From an uncultured Candidatus Saccharibacteria bacterium (GTDB lineage Bacteria; Patescibacteriota; JABMPQ01; JAQVVF01), in contig CAZNOH010000002.1 in NCBI GenBank assembly GCA_964574655.1, positions 172,596-236,595 on the forward strand: 64,000 bases of DNA. Direction: 5' to 3'. Shown piece after piece: positions 10,058 through 19,496 of this stretch. The position numbers and the translations under genes were made by a program. The notes beneath the pieces are model-generated. The model was not told the DNA's origin, did not search any database, and was given only the letters and a program-made list of their open reading frames with translations. Within the stretch, counting starts at the first letter, position 1; each line of letters begins with the position of its first letter.

Positions 10058-10714
10058 TTATTTCACGAAAAACGTAATTCCGTGATACAAAAAGTAAACG
10101 CCAAAAATTGCGAACAAGACAAACATAATAAAACGGCTGTACTTCATTGCCAAAATATTAAGTTTTGCTAACGGCTTGGCTGCCAATTTTGGAAAAAGTA
10201 AATAAAAAAATAAAGGCAAGGTTATCGCTAAAACAAAGAAAAACAAATTCATTATCAAAAAAATAACTTTCCAAAAAATATCAACATCTGGAGCACTAGC
10301 TGTTTCTTTAGTTGCAATAAAATTAAATAAATCAGCATCAGTATTGGTAACAGTAATGACAACGCCAATCAAAAATATTTTCCATAATGACAATTCATGG
10401 GTTTTACTTTTATCAACTTTCTTTTCTTTTGTCAGCAAAACTTTAACCCCAAAAATAATGAAAGCCAATCCAGCGACTAAATCAACAATTGCTGAAACCA
10501 AAGTTGGTTTTTGATCTGGTGATGCAATTTGCGCCAAAACAACGCCAAGAATTGTAATGCCAATACCGACTATTAATGAACCAAGAAGAAAAACAAAAGT
10601 TTTTGTTTTCGGCTTTACTTTATTGCCCAATAGCAACAAAGCAATGGTCAATATTCCTGGACTCAATGTTGCCGCTATATCAAGCGGAATTATCTTTGCT
10701 AGTAATTCCATCAT
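10058..10714 (-). CDS. Polytopic membrane protein, hypothetical
   Basis: About 6 TM helices. No diagnostic motif. Confidence 0.5.
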   Translation of the reverse strand: MMELLAKIIPLDIAATLSPGILTIALLLLGNKVKPKTKTFVFLLGSLIVGIGITILGVVLAQIASPDQKPTLVSAIVDLVAGLAFIIFGVKVLLTKEKKVDKSKTHELSLWKIFLIGVVITVTNTDADLFNFIATKETASAPDVDIFWKVIFLIMNLFFFVLAITLPLFFYLLFPKLAAKPLAKLNILAMKYSRFIMFVLFAIFGVYFLYHGITFFVK

Positions 10715-10733
10715 ATGATTTATTTATTTATTT

Positions 10734-12188
10734 TTACCTGCCTGACCGGTAGGCAGGGTAGGCAGGTTTTTCTAAAACCATCCTTAAAAAATTTTCGATG
10801 TATTTTGTGCCTTGATTGTATGGCACATGAATTTCAGCATGAAATTGCTCGCCATAAATAAATCTTCTAGTGCTTTTCTGCGCCTGAACATAAGTAGATT
10901 TTGCAATAACCTCAAATTCTTCAGCTGGCTCGGCAACTTCCCAACTATGAACTTCTGGTGCAGTAAAATTATCTTTAAATCCAGCGAATATTGGATCTTT
11001 TTTTAAAATTTTAATCTTAGTCCATCTGGTTTTAGGCTCAATAGCTGTAATATCAGACCAGCCCATAGATCTTGCTCTTGTGTAGCCATAAGCCATTCCT
11101 AAAAATTGATGGCCAGCGCAGATTCCAAGAAGTGGAATGTCAGTTTGTCTAATAATTTCAAATTCGCCATTATGTTCAAACATCGGCAAATTTGGATAAT
11201 CAGCATTATTTCCGCTTAAAATTATTGCTCTTGGCTTATTTGTCAAACTATTTAGCATTTCCATTGACGCTTCAAAGTAGGGAACAGTTATAGTCTTTAA
11301 ATCTAATTTTAGGCCTTCTATATGTTTAGCTAAATCAGTGAAAGTAAAGCCATTGTGTTCATTGCCAATAATTAAAATGTAATCTTTTTCTGGAACAGTT
11401 GGCAATTTAGGTTTACCAGGAGAATATAATATTACTTCATTAAGTTGAGCTGCATAACCAATAAATTCTTTTATATATAATTCAAAGTACCTAGCCTTTA
11501 TTGGTTTAAAATCAATTATATTTCTGAAAGTATCATTATTTTTAAATTCTGTTCCAGGAATTTCTTTCCAAGTTTTATTATCATTGCTATACACCCATAC
11601 AAAATTTTTCAGCCAGCCATCAGCATCAGTTGGAGTTGACAGCATCCAAATTCTAGAAATTTCTGAAGGCTTCCCTAAATCAAATTTTACCCAATGTTCA
11701 GTTTCGCATGGAGGAGGACTTTGCCAAAATGTTACTAATCCTGGATCGTCATAGTCAATAATATTTTTAGAATTATATCCTCCAGATACTTCAATGTCTC
11801 TAATCTTAGCGCGCGTCATGTTCATAAAATGATCATCTGATTCAATATCTACAAAAAAACGAGAAACAGTCCAATCACTTTTGCATGTTTGCGTTATTGC
11901 TCGAACTCTCCAGTAATATTGTTGTTTATCTTTTAAAGAATTCTCCTTCTCAATCTTTTTGTCAGAAACAAACTCACTATTTTCTGGAATATTTTTATAT
12001 TCGATTAAGTTTGATGAATTAAAGTTTTTAGTTGTATCTAGCTGGATTTCATAATGTCTATCTTTAGGTCCGCCAGTTGCATTAAAAAAAGAAAGTAGAG
12101 GATTGAGCTCCGTTACAATCACATCCCAACTAGGGTTATTATTTAATTTCGGCGGAATAATTTCATGATTGATTATTTTTGTTGTCAT
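10734..12188 (-). CDS. Multidomain protein: FN3-like + discoidin (F5/8 type C) + class-I glutamine amidotransferase / peptidase C26-like domain
   Basis: 'GICAGHQFLGMAYG' GATase1 nucleophile elbow with downstream His/Glu. Discoidin-like segment 'NFVWVYSNDNKTWKEIPG...YFELYIKEF'. Confidence 0.55.
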   Translation of the reverse strand: MTTKIINHEIIPPKLNNNPSWDVIVTELNPLLSFFNATGGPKDRHYEIQLDTTKNFNSSNLIEYKNIPENSEFVSDKKIEKENSLKDKQQYYWRVRAITQTCKSDWTVSRFFVDIESDDHFMNMTRAKIRDIEVSGGYNSKNIIDYDDPGLVTFWQSPPPCETEHWVKFDLGKPSEISRIWMLSTPTDADGWLKNFVWVYSNDNKTWKEIPGTEFKNNDTFRNIIDFKPIKARYFELYIKEFIGYAAQLNEVILYSPGKPKLPTVPEKDYILIIGNEHNGFTFTDLAKHIEGLKLDLKTITVPYFEASMEMLNSLTNKPRAIILSGNNADYPNLPMFEHNGEFEIIRQTDIPLLGICAGHQFLGMAYGYTRARSMGWSDITAIEPKTRWTKIKILKKDPIFAGFKDNFTAPEVHSWEVAEPAEEFEVIAKSTYVQAQKSTRRFIYGEQFHAEIHVPYNQGTKYIENFLRMVLEKPAYPAYRSGR

Positions 12189-12310
12189 TTTATTTTAAAA
12201 ATAATTTTGTAAACTTTATTCCATTTTATCATATAATTAATTTGTTAGAAATTTATTTTTTTGTTATACTAAAAACAATTAGAAAGTTATTAAAAATAAA
12301 AATAAAATTA

Positions 12311-13729
12311 ATGAAAAAATCGCAAAAAGCAGGTAAGTTTTTGGGAGTTTTTGCGTTAGCTATGATCAACGTCTCGTTGATTTGCAGCTTGCGTGGCCTT
12401 CCCACAATGGCAGAATATGGTCTTTCTGTAGTCTTTTTTTTGATGGTTTCTGTTATCCTGTTTCTGATTCCAGTGTCTATCGTTTCGGCTGAATTAGCCA
12501 CAGGTTGGCCAAAGGGTGGAGGTATTTATGTCTGGGTCAGAGAAGCCTTTGGTGAAAAATGGGGTTTCGTGACAATCGTTTTGCAATGGGTTCAAAATTT
12601 AGTTTTCTACCCAACTGCCTTAGCAGCTACTGCTGCAGTAATTGCATATATGTTTGTTGATCCAGATTTAGCCAATAATAGATATTACACCTTGGCAGTT
12701 ATTATCATAGTCTATTGGTTTGCTGTTCTGGTCAATTTACGTGGCATGAAAGCTTCTGGAAGATTTACTAGCATCGGAACAATTTTGGGTATAATTTTCC
12801 CTGGTGTTCTATTATTTGTCTTAGGTTTGGCTTGGATATTAAGCGGACAGCACTTTGCCTTAACGATTGATCTCGATGGCTTCATACCTGATCTAGGCAA
12901 CGTCAACAATTTTGTTCTTTTAACTGGCATGTTTTTATTTTTTGCTGGCATGGAAGTATCTGGAGTCCATGCAATGGAAGTCAAAAATCCAACCAAAGAT
13001 TATCCCAGAGCGATTTTTATTTCTGCCTTGATTGTCACTTTGATTTTTCTTTTTGGATCTTTGGCAATTGCACTTATTATCCCAACTTCGCAATTAAGTT
13101 TGACAGCTGGCATAATGCAGACCTATTTAGCTGTTTTAAACAAATTCGGTATTGGCTGGTTAGTTCCAATTATTGCTCTTTTAGCTGCTCCTGGAATGGT
13201 TGTTCAGGTCAGCTCTTGGATTGTCGGCCCAAGCCGTGGTCTTCTTGTTACTGCTGAAAATGGCGACTTGCCTCCTTTTTTCCAAAAACTGAATAAGAAC
13301 AATATGCCATCTCATATTATGATTGTTCAAGGAATTTTGGTTTCCGTAATTGCAATGGTTTTTATGCTCATGCCTTCAGTCAGTAGTTCATTTTGGATAT
13401 TGACTGCTTTGGCGGCCATCTTATATCTGACCGTTTATATTATTATGTTTGCAGCTGCCATTAAATTAAAATACAGCCAGCCCAAAACACCTCGTCCTTA
13501 TGAAGTACCTGGCGGAAAGATTGGTATGTGGATAATTGCTGGTATTGGAATCATCTCTTGCGCAGTTGCGATCTTATTTGGATTTTTCCCACCGTCGCAA
13601 ATTTCAACTGGAAGTGTCGGAGTCTATGTTGGCTTGTTAGTAATCGGTTACATTGTTTTAGGATCTATCCCTTTTATCGTTTTTTCTTTTAGAAAAAAAT
13701 CCTGGAAAAAGAAAATCAAACTAGATTAA
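12311..13729 (+). CDS. gadC: APC-family amino acid permease, GadC-like glutamate:GABA antiporter
   Basis: Strong similarity to GadC N-terminus ('LSVVFFLMVSVILFLIPVSIVSAELATGWPKGGGIYVWV'), 12 TM helices, next to glutamate decarboxylase. ORF opens at 12179, but the probable start is the ATG at 12311 (MKKSQ). Confidence 0.7.
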   Translation: MKKSQKAGKFLGVFALAMINVSLICSLRGLPTMAEYGLSVVFFLMVSVILFLIPVSIVSAELATGWPKGGGIYVWVREAFGEKWGFVTIVLQWVQNLVFYPTALAATAAVIAYMFVDPDLANNRYYTLAVIIIVYWFAVLVNLRGMKASGRFTSIGTILGIIFPGVLLFVLGLAWILSGQHFALTIDLDGFIPDLGNVNNFVLLTGMFLFFAGMEVSGVHAMEVKNPTKDYPRAIFISALIVTLIFLFGSLAIALIIPTSQLSLTAGIMQTYLAVLNKFGIGWLVPIIALLAAPGMVVQVSSWIVGPSRGLLVTAENGDLPPFFQKLNKNNMPSHIMIVQGILVSVIAMVFMLMPSVSSSFWILTALAAILYLTVYIIMFAAAIKLKYSQPKTPRPYEVPGGKIGMWIIAGIGIISCAVAILFGFFPPSQISTGSVGVYVGLLVIGYIVLGSIPFIVFSFRKKSWKKKIKLD

Positions 13730-13921
13730 CTACGTAAAATTATATTTCTGTATCTTTTGTATATAATTTTGCCTTCTCCAGAAATTAGTGTTGCCGCAGA
13801 AAATTTTCCGTTCGTTTCCGCGTTTTCCGCGTAAGCTTCTGCGTCATTCTGCGTTAAAAATGTTTTAAAATTTTAAGACATTCAAATATCATATAACTAA
13901 ATTTAAAAAAATAAACAAAAA

Positions 13922-15322
13922 ATGATGTTACACAAAAAAAAGAAACAAGAAGAAATAACAAATGTCGGTCATTCTAGCACCTACAGCCAGCGCTATTTTC
14001 ATGAGTCTATTCCAAAATATCAAATGCCGGAAAAAGAAATGCCAGCCAATGCTGCATATCAATTAATTCATGACGAATTGAATATGGACGGTAATCCTTC
14101 CTTGAATTTAGCTAGTTTCTGTACTACATGGATGGAGCCAGAAGCAGATAAGCTGATTGCCGAATGCAATAGCAAGAATTTTATTGATCATGATCAATAC
14201 CCACAGACTGAAAAAATTCATGAAAGAATGGTCAATATGATGGCGAGATTATTTAATAGTCCAGAAGGATCAAATTCGGTCGGTACTGCAACGATTGGAT
14301 CTTCCGAAGCAATCATGTTAGGTTTACTAGCTCACAAATGGTCTTGGATCAATCGTCGAAAAAAAGAAAATAAACCATACAACAAACCAAATATAATTTA
14401 TGGCGCCGACGTTCACGTCTGTTGGGAGAAATTTGCCCGCTATTTTGATGTTGAAGAAAGAATGATTCCGATGGAAAAAGATCGCTATGTTATATCAACA
14501 GAAGAGGTAGAAAAAAGAATTGATGAAAATACAATTTGTGTCGGAACGATTTTAGGTACTACGTTTACAGGTCAATACGATCCAATTGAAGAAATTAATG
14601 ATTTATTGTTAAAAATTAAAAAAGAAAAAGGCTGGGACATTCCAATTCATGTTGATGGCGCAAGCGGTGGATTTGTTGCTCCATTTGTTTACCCAGATTT
14701 AAAATGGGATTTCAGACTAGAACAAGTCAGATCAATCAATGTTTCTGGCCATAAATACGGCTTGGTTTATCCAGGACTTGGCTGGCTAGTTTTTCGTGAT
14801 TCCAAAGATGTGCCAGAAGATATTATCTTTAAGGTCAATTATTTAGGCGGAGAAATGCCAACTTACACTTTGAATTTTTCGCGTGGCGGATCAACAGTCA
14901 TCGCTCAGTATTATAATTTTTTAAGGATGGGCAGAGAAGGTTACACTAGAATAATGAAGAACTGCGTAGAGAATGCTCAATATTTATCAAAGAAGATGAT
15001 CGATTCTGGATATTTTGATTCGCTGAATCCAACACAGCTTTTGCCAGTTGTCGCCGTTAAACTAAAAGATAAGGAAAAATTTACTCTCTATGATTTAGTT
15101 GACAAAATAAGGCAGAGGGGCTGGATTATTTCGGCTTACACTTTACCCAAAAACGCAGAAGAAACCGTCATTTTCAGAGTTGTGGTTAGAGAAAATCTAA
15201 GCAAAGACATGATTGATATTTTATATAAAGATGTCATGGACGCTTTCAAATTTTTACAAGGCGCTGTTAAAACATTTGCAAAAGGCGTCAAGTCTGAAGA
15301 TACTACGCACAAGATTTGCTAA
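13922..15322 (+). CDS. gadB: Glutamate decarboxylase (PLP-dependent, group II decarboxylase)
   Basis: '[18 protein letters not shown]' PLP-lysine motif, 466 aa, GAD-like N-terminal region. Confidence 0.85.
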   Translation: MMLHKKKKQEEITNVGHSSTYSQRYFHESIPKYQMPEKEMPANAAYQLIHDELNMDGNPSLNLASFCTTWMEPEADKLIAECNSKNFIDHDQYPQTEKIHERMVNMMARLFNSPEGSNSVGTATIGSSEAIMLGLLAHKWSWINRRKKENKPYNKPNIIYGADVHVCWEKFARYFDVEERMIPMEKDRYVISTEEVEKRIDENTICVGTILGTTFTGQYDPIEEINDLLLKIKKEKGWDIPIHVDGASGGFVAPFVYPDLKWDFRLEQVRSINVSGHKYGLVYPGLGWLVFRDSKDVPEDIIFKVNYLGGEMPTYTLNFSRGGSTVIAQYYNFLRMGREGYTRIMKNCVENAQYLSKKMIDSGYFDSLNPTQLLPVVAVKLKDKEKFTLYDLVDKIRQRGWIISAYTLPKNAEETVIFRVVVRENLSKDMIDILYKDVMDAFKFLQGAVKTFAKGVKSEDTTHKIC

Positions 15323-15374
15323 ATTTTAAATTAAAAAACGTCGGATACTTTTCCGACGTTTTTTTTAATTTGAT

Positions 15375-16538
15375 TTAGAAAGTCTTTCGCACTCCTAATA
15401 AAACAGCATCAACTCTTCGCGACACATTTGTTCGCGAAGCATATTTCAAAGCATTTGCGCTAAAAACAGCAGGGTATGATCCTTCTTGGTATTCGATTGT
15501 TAATTTTTGTCTGCCATTTTTCCAATCTTTTATTTTAAAAATTCCAAAGTATTCCTTGCCATTATCATTGTTGATAATATGCAGTTGGTTTGTGTTGTAA
15601 TTTACTTCATAAGTTCCATTAATTGACCAATCTGATATGCCACCTTCACTCTCATCGTCTGTGCCAAAAACTCTTGTGCCTTTATAATATTTTGTATTTG
15701 AACTCAAAAAAGTTAGAATATCATTCGGATATATTGGCTTCCATTTTTTCAAACTATACCAGACACCCAAGATTTTTCCTTTTTTTCGCTTTGACAAATC
15801 AATACGATTAGTTAATTTTGGTTCATAGGGTTCAAAGAGAGTAGAGTCGTCAATTCCAGTCTGTAAGTATGGTTTTAAAATATATTTATTATAAGCTTTA
15901 ACAAGCTTTGTTTTTTCGCTTGGCAACAAGTAATCATATGGCGAAACTAAATAGCCAGTGTCAACAAAAACACCGTCAGTCCTGCCTGAATCTTCAAGCG
16001 CGAATTCAGCGCTAGATTGATCTGGATCAAAACTCATTCCTAGTCCAATTTTTTGACCGCGTTTTACTTTTTGTCCCTTTTTAACATATGAAGTTAATAC
16101 TTCCATATGCGTGCCTCTAAGTTTTTTTCCATAATCAATTACAATATGGAGTTCTTCTCCATTTTGCCGTATATCCAATACTTGTCCGTCTGCCCAGCTT
16201 TTCAATGGTGTGCCATGTTTTAATTCAATCCAAACATGGTCTAATCCTTCAATATGTCCGCCAGCGTGCAGACCAAAACCAACCAAGCCAGTTTTAGGTC
16301 CATAAAATATTTTATTAATTTTTGCTGGCAAACTCAGCCTTATAGGTGAAGCATTATCTGGCAATGTATAAGTTAATTCGTTAGTTGAAGGATCTGGCTT
16401 TGCTTTCGTAGCTGCAAAAGAATTTTGAATGAGAAAAAACATTCCCAGAATAACTAAGGTACGAAACCCCCATTTTTTTAGTAAAACCTTTTGTTTGTTC
16501 ATATTTTTTTGTTTATTTTTAAATATTAATATAATCAA
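15375..16538 (-). CDS. Secreted protein with M23/LytM-like peptidase motifs (putative)
   Basis: Signal peptide, then 'HAGGHIEGLDHVW' (HxxxD) and 'GTHMEV' regions reminiscent of M23. Confidence 0.4.
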   Translation of the reverse strand: MIILIFKNKQKNMNKQKVLLKKWGFRTLVILGMFFLIQNSFAATKAKPDPSTNELTYTLPDNASPIRLSLPAKINKIFYGPKTGLVGFGLHAGGHIEGLDHVWIELKHGTPLKSWADGQVLDIRQNGEELHIVIDYGKKLRGTHMEVLTSYVKKGQKVKRGQKIGLGMSFDPDQSSAEFALEDSGRTDGVFVDTGYLVSPYDYLLPSEKTKLVKAYNKYILKPYLQTGIDDSTLFEPYEPKLTNRIDLSKRKKGKILGVWYSLKKWKPIYPNDILTFLSSNTKYYKGTRVFGTDDESEGGISDWSINGTYEVNYNTNQLHIINNDNGKEYFGIFKIKDWKNGRQKLTIEYQEGSYPAVFSANALKYASRTNVSRRVDAVLLGVRKTF

Positions 16539-16540
16539 AT

Positions 16541-17203
16541 TTATTTTTTGTCTTTCTCTTTAAATAATTTCTGAGAAATATTTATAGCCGGAAAAGTCCG
16601 CCAGTTAAAAGCATAAGAAAGCATCCTGACTAAAAAGATTAAAGCTATGCTTAAAATCGCCGCAGTTTGGGCATTTAAGCTAGCATACATGGTTAAAGCA
16701 ATAAAAAGTACAATTCCAACAAGCGAGGCTGTAATATAGTACTGGCCAGGTTTTAAAAGCAGGGGCTCGCTTTTAGTAAAAATATCGCGCAAAAAACCTC
16801 CGCTTATTGCTCCGACCATGCCAACTAATACTGCAGCTAAGATATTCAAATCGTTATCTAATGCCATTTGCGTGGAAATAATTGCAAATAATCCCAAGCC
16901 TAATGCGTCAATAATTATAAAAACTAAATTTATCTTTTTAATATAATAAATAAAGATTGGCGTAATAATAGTCGCGATCAAAATAGCAACAAGATATTGC
17001 CATTCCTCAATTATGACTGGTTTTTGTAATAAAAAAACACTATCTCTTATGATAGCGCCACTTGCACCAGTAATAAACGCTAGGACAAATACTCCAGAAA
17101 AATCATATTTTTTTTCAGTTGCCAGCATTGCTCCAGTTATTGCCAGCAAAAATACTGCAATTACTTGAAAAAATAAAGGTAATTCAAATTGGCCTAGTAG
17201 CAT
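16541..17203 (-). CDS. UPF0126/TRIC-like (Gly-transporter repeat) membrane protein
   Basis: Duplicated 'GxxGGxxRD' motifs ('GASGAIIRD', 'GAISGGFLRD'). 220 aa, about 7 TM helices. Confidence 0.7.
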   Translation of the reverse strand: MLLGQFELPLFFQVIAVFLLAITGAMLATEKKYDFSGVFVLAFITGASGAIIRDSVFLLQKPVIIEEWQYLVAILIATIITPIFIYYIKKINLVFIIIDALGLGLFAIISTQMALDNDLNILAAVLVGMVGAISGGFLRDIFTKSEPLLLKPGQYYITASLVGIVLFIALTMYASLNAQTAAILSIALIFLVRMLSYAFNWRTFPAINISQKLFKEKDKK

Positions 17204-17218
17204 ATTTTTGTTTTTATT

Positions 17219-17455
17219 TTAAATTAATCTCTTTTTTAAGAAAGCTCGTCCTGAACCTGATTTTAAATATTTTTCAAAATAGAATGCCTTATATTTGTTA
17301 GTGAATACTATAAAGATTTTTAATTTTATAGGTCTTAAATTTTTTGTTGCAGGTACATAACCTTTTTTATGTCTAATGATTCTTTCTTTTAATTTCGATG
17401 TGCAACCGATATAATAACCTTTATTTTTAGTTTCTAGAATATAAACATAATTCAT
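17219..17455 (-). CDS. Stand-alone GIY-YIG nuclease domain protein
   Basis: 'YVYILETKNKGYYIGCTSKLKERIIRH' GIY-YIG core, 78 aa. SD GGAGGG upstream. Confidence 0.75.
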   Translation of the reverse strand: MNYVYILETKNKGYYIGCTSKLKERIIRHKKGYVPATKNLRPIKLKIFIVFTNKYKAFYFEKYLKSGSGRAFLKKRLI

Positions 17456-17585
17456 ATTATTATGCTCCCTCCAAGACGGACTTTGTCCGTCGAAGCCCGC
17501 CCGTGAATTTGAAAAAATAAAAATTTTTGAATTGAATACTCAGCTATCCCGCCTTCGCTTTTGCTAAAGCTTCGGCGGGCGAAGA

Positions 17586-17672
17586 CGGAGAGGGTGGGAT
17601 TTGAACCCACGAGGGACTTGCGCCCCTAACGCCTTAGCACGGCGCCGCTTTCGGCCACTCAGCCACCTCTCC
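17586..17672 (-). tRNA. tRNA-Ser (anticodon GCT), type II with long variable arm
   Basis: 87 nt: GGAGAGG acceptor, anticodon loop GTGCTAA, long variable arm, T-loop TTCAAAT, discriminator G. Confidence 0.85.
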
Positions 17673-17758
17673 ATTTCTAATAACAAAATAACTAAATTAA
17701 AAATAACAAAATTACTTATATTCAGTTTAATTTATTTAGCCTTAAAAATCAAGTTAAA

Positions 17759-18466
17759 TCATTTTCCTCTCGCCAGCACTAGTCCCCAAATTTCGGAAGG
17801 ACTAAAACCATAGATTGCTTTAGCGCATTCTTCCAAAGTTGATGAAGTTGTGCAAACATCATCAACTAAAATTATTTTTTTATTTTCAATAAATTTTGGA
17901 TTATTGCAAACAAATGCGCCCTTAATATTTTTTCGCCTATAAATTGGATTTAAACTCATCTGTGATTTAGTTTTTTTAATTCTGGAAATAGCACTATTTA
18001 AGCAAGTTAGCTTAAAATAATCAGCTACTTCTTGGCCCAAAAGTTCAGCCTGATTAAATCCTCGTTCTCTCAATTTTTTCTTATGCAACGGAATCGGCAG
18101 AATAATATAATTATGATCAGTTTTTTCTTTGAATAAAGTATTTTTCAATCCAGAAATTAAAATTTTCGCCAATGGTTTTGCCAGCTCTTCTATATATTTA
18201 TACTTCATGGCATGAATTGATTTTTGCAGTAAATCATTTTCATAAGACGCAGATACGATTATGCCATTTAGCCTTGAAGTATTCTCGCATTCTTTACAAA
18301 AATTGCCAAACTTTGTTTTTTTATGGCATTTTGGACAATCTTGTTTTTCATTTAATTCTAAATCTTCAAAACAATGTTTGCACAAAAAATTTCCTTCATC
18401 TGAACAGAAAATACATTCAATCGGGAATAAAATATCTAATGTAAAATTTTTGATTTGTTTTAACAA
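17759..18466 (-). CDS. comFC: ComF family protein (double zinc ribbon + phosphoribosyltransferase domain)
   Basis: N-terminal CxxC x4 ribbons; C-terminal PRTase motif 'ILVDDVCTTSSTL'. Confidence 0.85.
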   Translation of the reverse strand: MLKQIKNFTLDILFPIECIFCSDEGNFLCKHCFEDLELNEKQDCPKCHKKTKFGNFCKECENTSRLNGIIVSASYENDLLQKSIHAMKYKYIEELAKPLAKILISGLKNTLFKEKTDHNYIILPIPLHKKKLRERGFNQAELLGQEVADYFKLTCLNSAISRIKKTKSQMSLNPIYRRKNIKGAFVCNNPKFIENKKIILVDDVCTTSSTLEECAKAIYGFSPSEIWGLVLARGK

Positions 18467-18478
18467 TTGTTTTACTCC

Positions 18479-18507
18479 TTGACAATCATTATTTTATCAA
18501 ATAAACT
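18479..18507 (+). promoter_or_regulatory. Sigma70-type promoter (TTGACA-17-TAAACT), copy 1 of a duplicated cassette
   Basis: TTGACA at 18479-18484 and TAAACT at 18502-18507 with 17-bp spacing. [13 protein letters not shown] sequence at 19003-19031. Confidence 0.6.
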
Positions 18508-18543
18508 AATTTAATGCACCTTCAACAAAAAAGGAGGAAGCAC

Positions 18544-18942
18544 GTGCCCAACGAACAAGAACAAGAAAGAAGAACTGCAGAAAAAGAATTTTATGAAATT
18601 TTAAAACAACTCCAAGCTTGTTTGCAAAAAATGAATCATGATCAAAAAATTGCTGTTGCTGATGAAAGTAAATGGCAGTGTCCGAATTGTACATTAATTA
18701 ATTCGCCAGGAACAAATAGCTGTGAACTTTGCGAACAAACGGCTGACCCCAAACTTTTCCCAGTGCAAACAGTTCTTCATTTTGATGTCCGTTGTTCTCA
18801 AGGAGAAATTTCAAATTCAGAAAAAGCTCACAGATTGCTTTCGCTAATTCTGCAAAGAAGCTTTGAAACTTTTGCTTCATGTATAGTCAGCGGTAAAGTT
18901 GGAGCTAGTTTCAGTCAAGAACCAAGATCATTTCCAAGATAA
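18544..18942 (+). CDS. Small zinc-finger protein with Npl4/RanBP2-type zinc finger (NZF-like) motif
   Basis: 'WQCPNCTLINSPGTNSCELC' fits the W-x-C-x2-C-x3-N-x6-C-x2-C pattern. GTG start at 18544 is preceded by SD AGGAGG. The ORF-track ATG at 18514 coincides with the predicted transcription start. Confidence 0.65.
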   Translation: MPNEQEQERRTAEKEFYEILKQLQACLQKMNHDQKIAVADESKWQCPNCTLINSPGTNSCELCEQTADPKLFPVQTVLHFDVRCSQGEISNSEKAHRLLSLILQRSFETFASCIVSGKVGASFSQEPRSFPR

Positions 18943-18952
18943 ACCGTTCTTT

Positions 18953-18998
18953 AAAAGAGCATTAAAACTCGTTCTAGAGTTTTAAGCTCTTTTTTTTA
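18953..18998 (+). terminator. Rho-independent terminator (long imperfect hairpin + T8), copy 1
   Basis: 'aaaagagcattaaaactcgttctagagttttaagctctttttttt'. Confidence 0.75.
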
Positions 18999-19002
18999 AT
19001 TC

Positions 19003-19031
19003 TTGACAATTACTATTTTATCAAATAAACT
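19003..19031 (+). promoter_or_regulatory. Sigma70-type promoter (TTGACA-17-TAAACT), copy 2
   Basis: About 80% identical to 18479-18513. Followed by a strong SD 'gaggaggagg' and the ATG at 19070. Confidence 0.6.
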
Positions 19032-19069
19032 GTTTTAACGCACCCTAGACAACAGAGGAGGAGGAAAGA

Positions 19070-19477
19070 ATGTACCCAGAGCCTAATCCAGAAACAATTT
19101 GTCCTGAGGATTTTTCAAAAATCATGTATTTACTTTCTGTCTGTTTAAAATCCATAGACAGAACAGAACCAGTACCAAAAGAAAGAGTTCCGGAACAATA
19201 TTTTTGTATAAACTGTGCAACATTAGATTTGAGTAAGCCAGGCAATTGTGTTATTTGTGGAACAGAGATTTTAAAAAATCAGCGCAAGCCAGCTCGTCTC
19301 AATTTTGAAATTTTATTTTTTCCAGAGCATTTTCCTCGAGCCAAATTAGCCGAAACCTTAATTCAAAGCATTATTTCAACGTGTCTTGAAGGCCTTGGTT
19401 TGCAATCATGCATACTTTCTTTTTCGCTTGATCCCAGACCTCAACCAGTAAATACGGAATCAGAAGAAAAAAAATAA
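19070..19477 (+). CDS. Small zinc-ribbon protein, diverged paralog of 18544..18942
   Basis: 'FCINCATLDLSKPGNCVICG' shares the C-x-N-C-(T/A)-L...S-x-PG-x-N-x-C-x-x-C core. 135 aa. Confidence 0.65.
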   Translation: MYPEPNPETICPEDFSKIMYLLSVCLKSIDRTEPVPKERVPEQYFCINCATLDLSKPGNCVICGTEILKNQRKPARLNFEILFFPEHFPRAKLAETLIQSIISTCLEGLGLQSCILSFSLDPRPQPVNTESEEKK

Positions 19478-19496
19478 CGTTCTTTTATTTCAATCA

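Noticed and set aside
10737-10770. Hairpin CCTGCCT-gaccggt-AGGCAGG + T5 between two minus-strand genes, as a terminator for them
   Set aside because: The T-run follows the hairpin on the plus strand only, so it cannot terminate the flanking minus-strand genes. At most it is a plus-strand antisense terminator. Noted only for sharing the CCTGCC/GGCAGG stem with the terminator at 363-388.
12179-12310. N-terminal 44-aa extension of the gadC-like ORF (and similar 5' extensions of ORFs 40812, 50756, 51981, 18514, 2238)
   Set aside because: The extensions are AT-rich low-complexity sequence lacking an SD. Internal ATG/GTG codons with good SDs and homology-supported N-termini are preferred.
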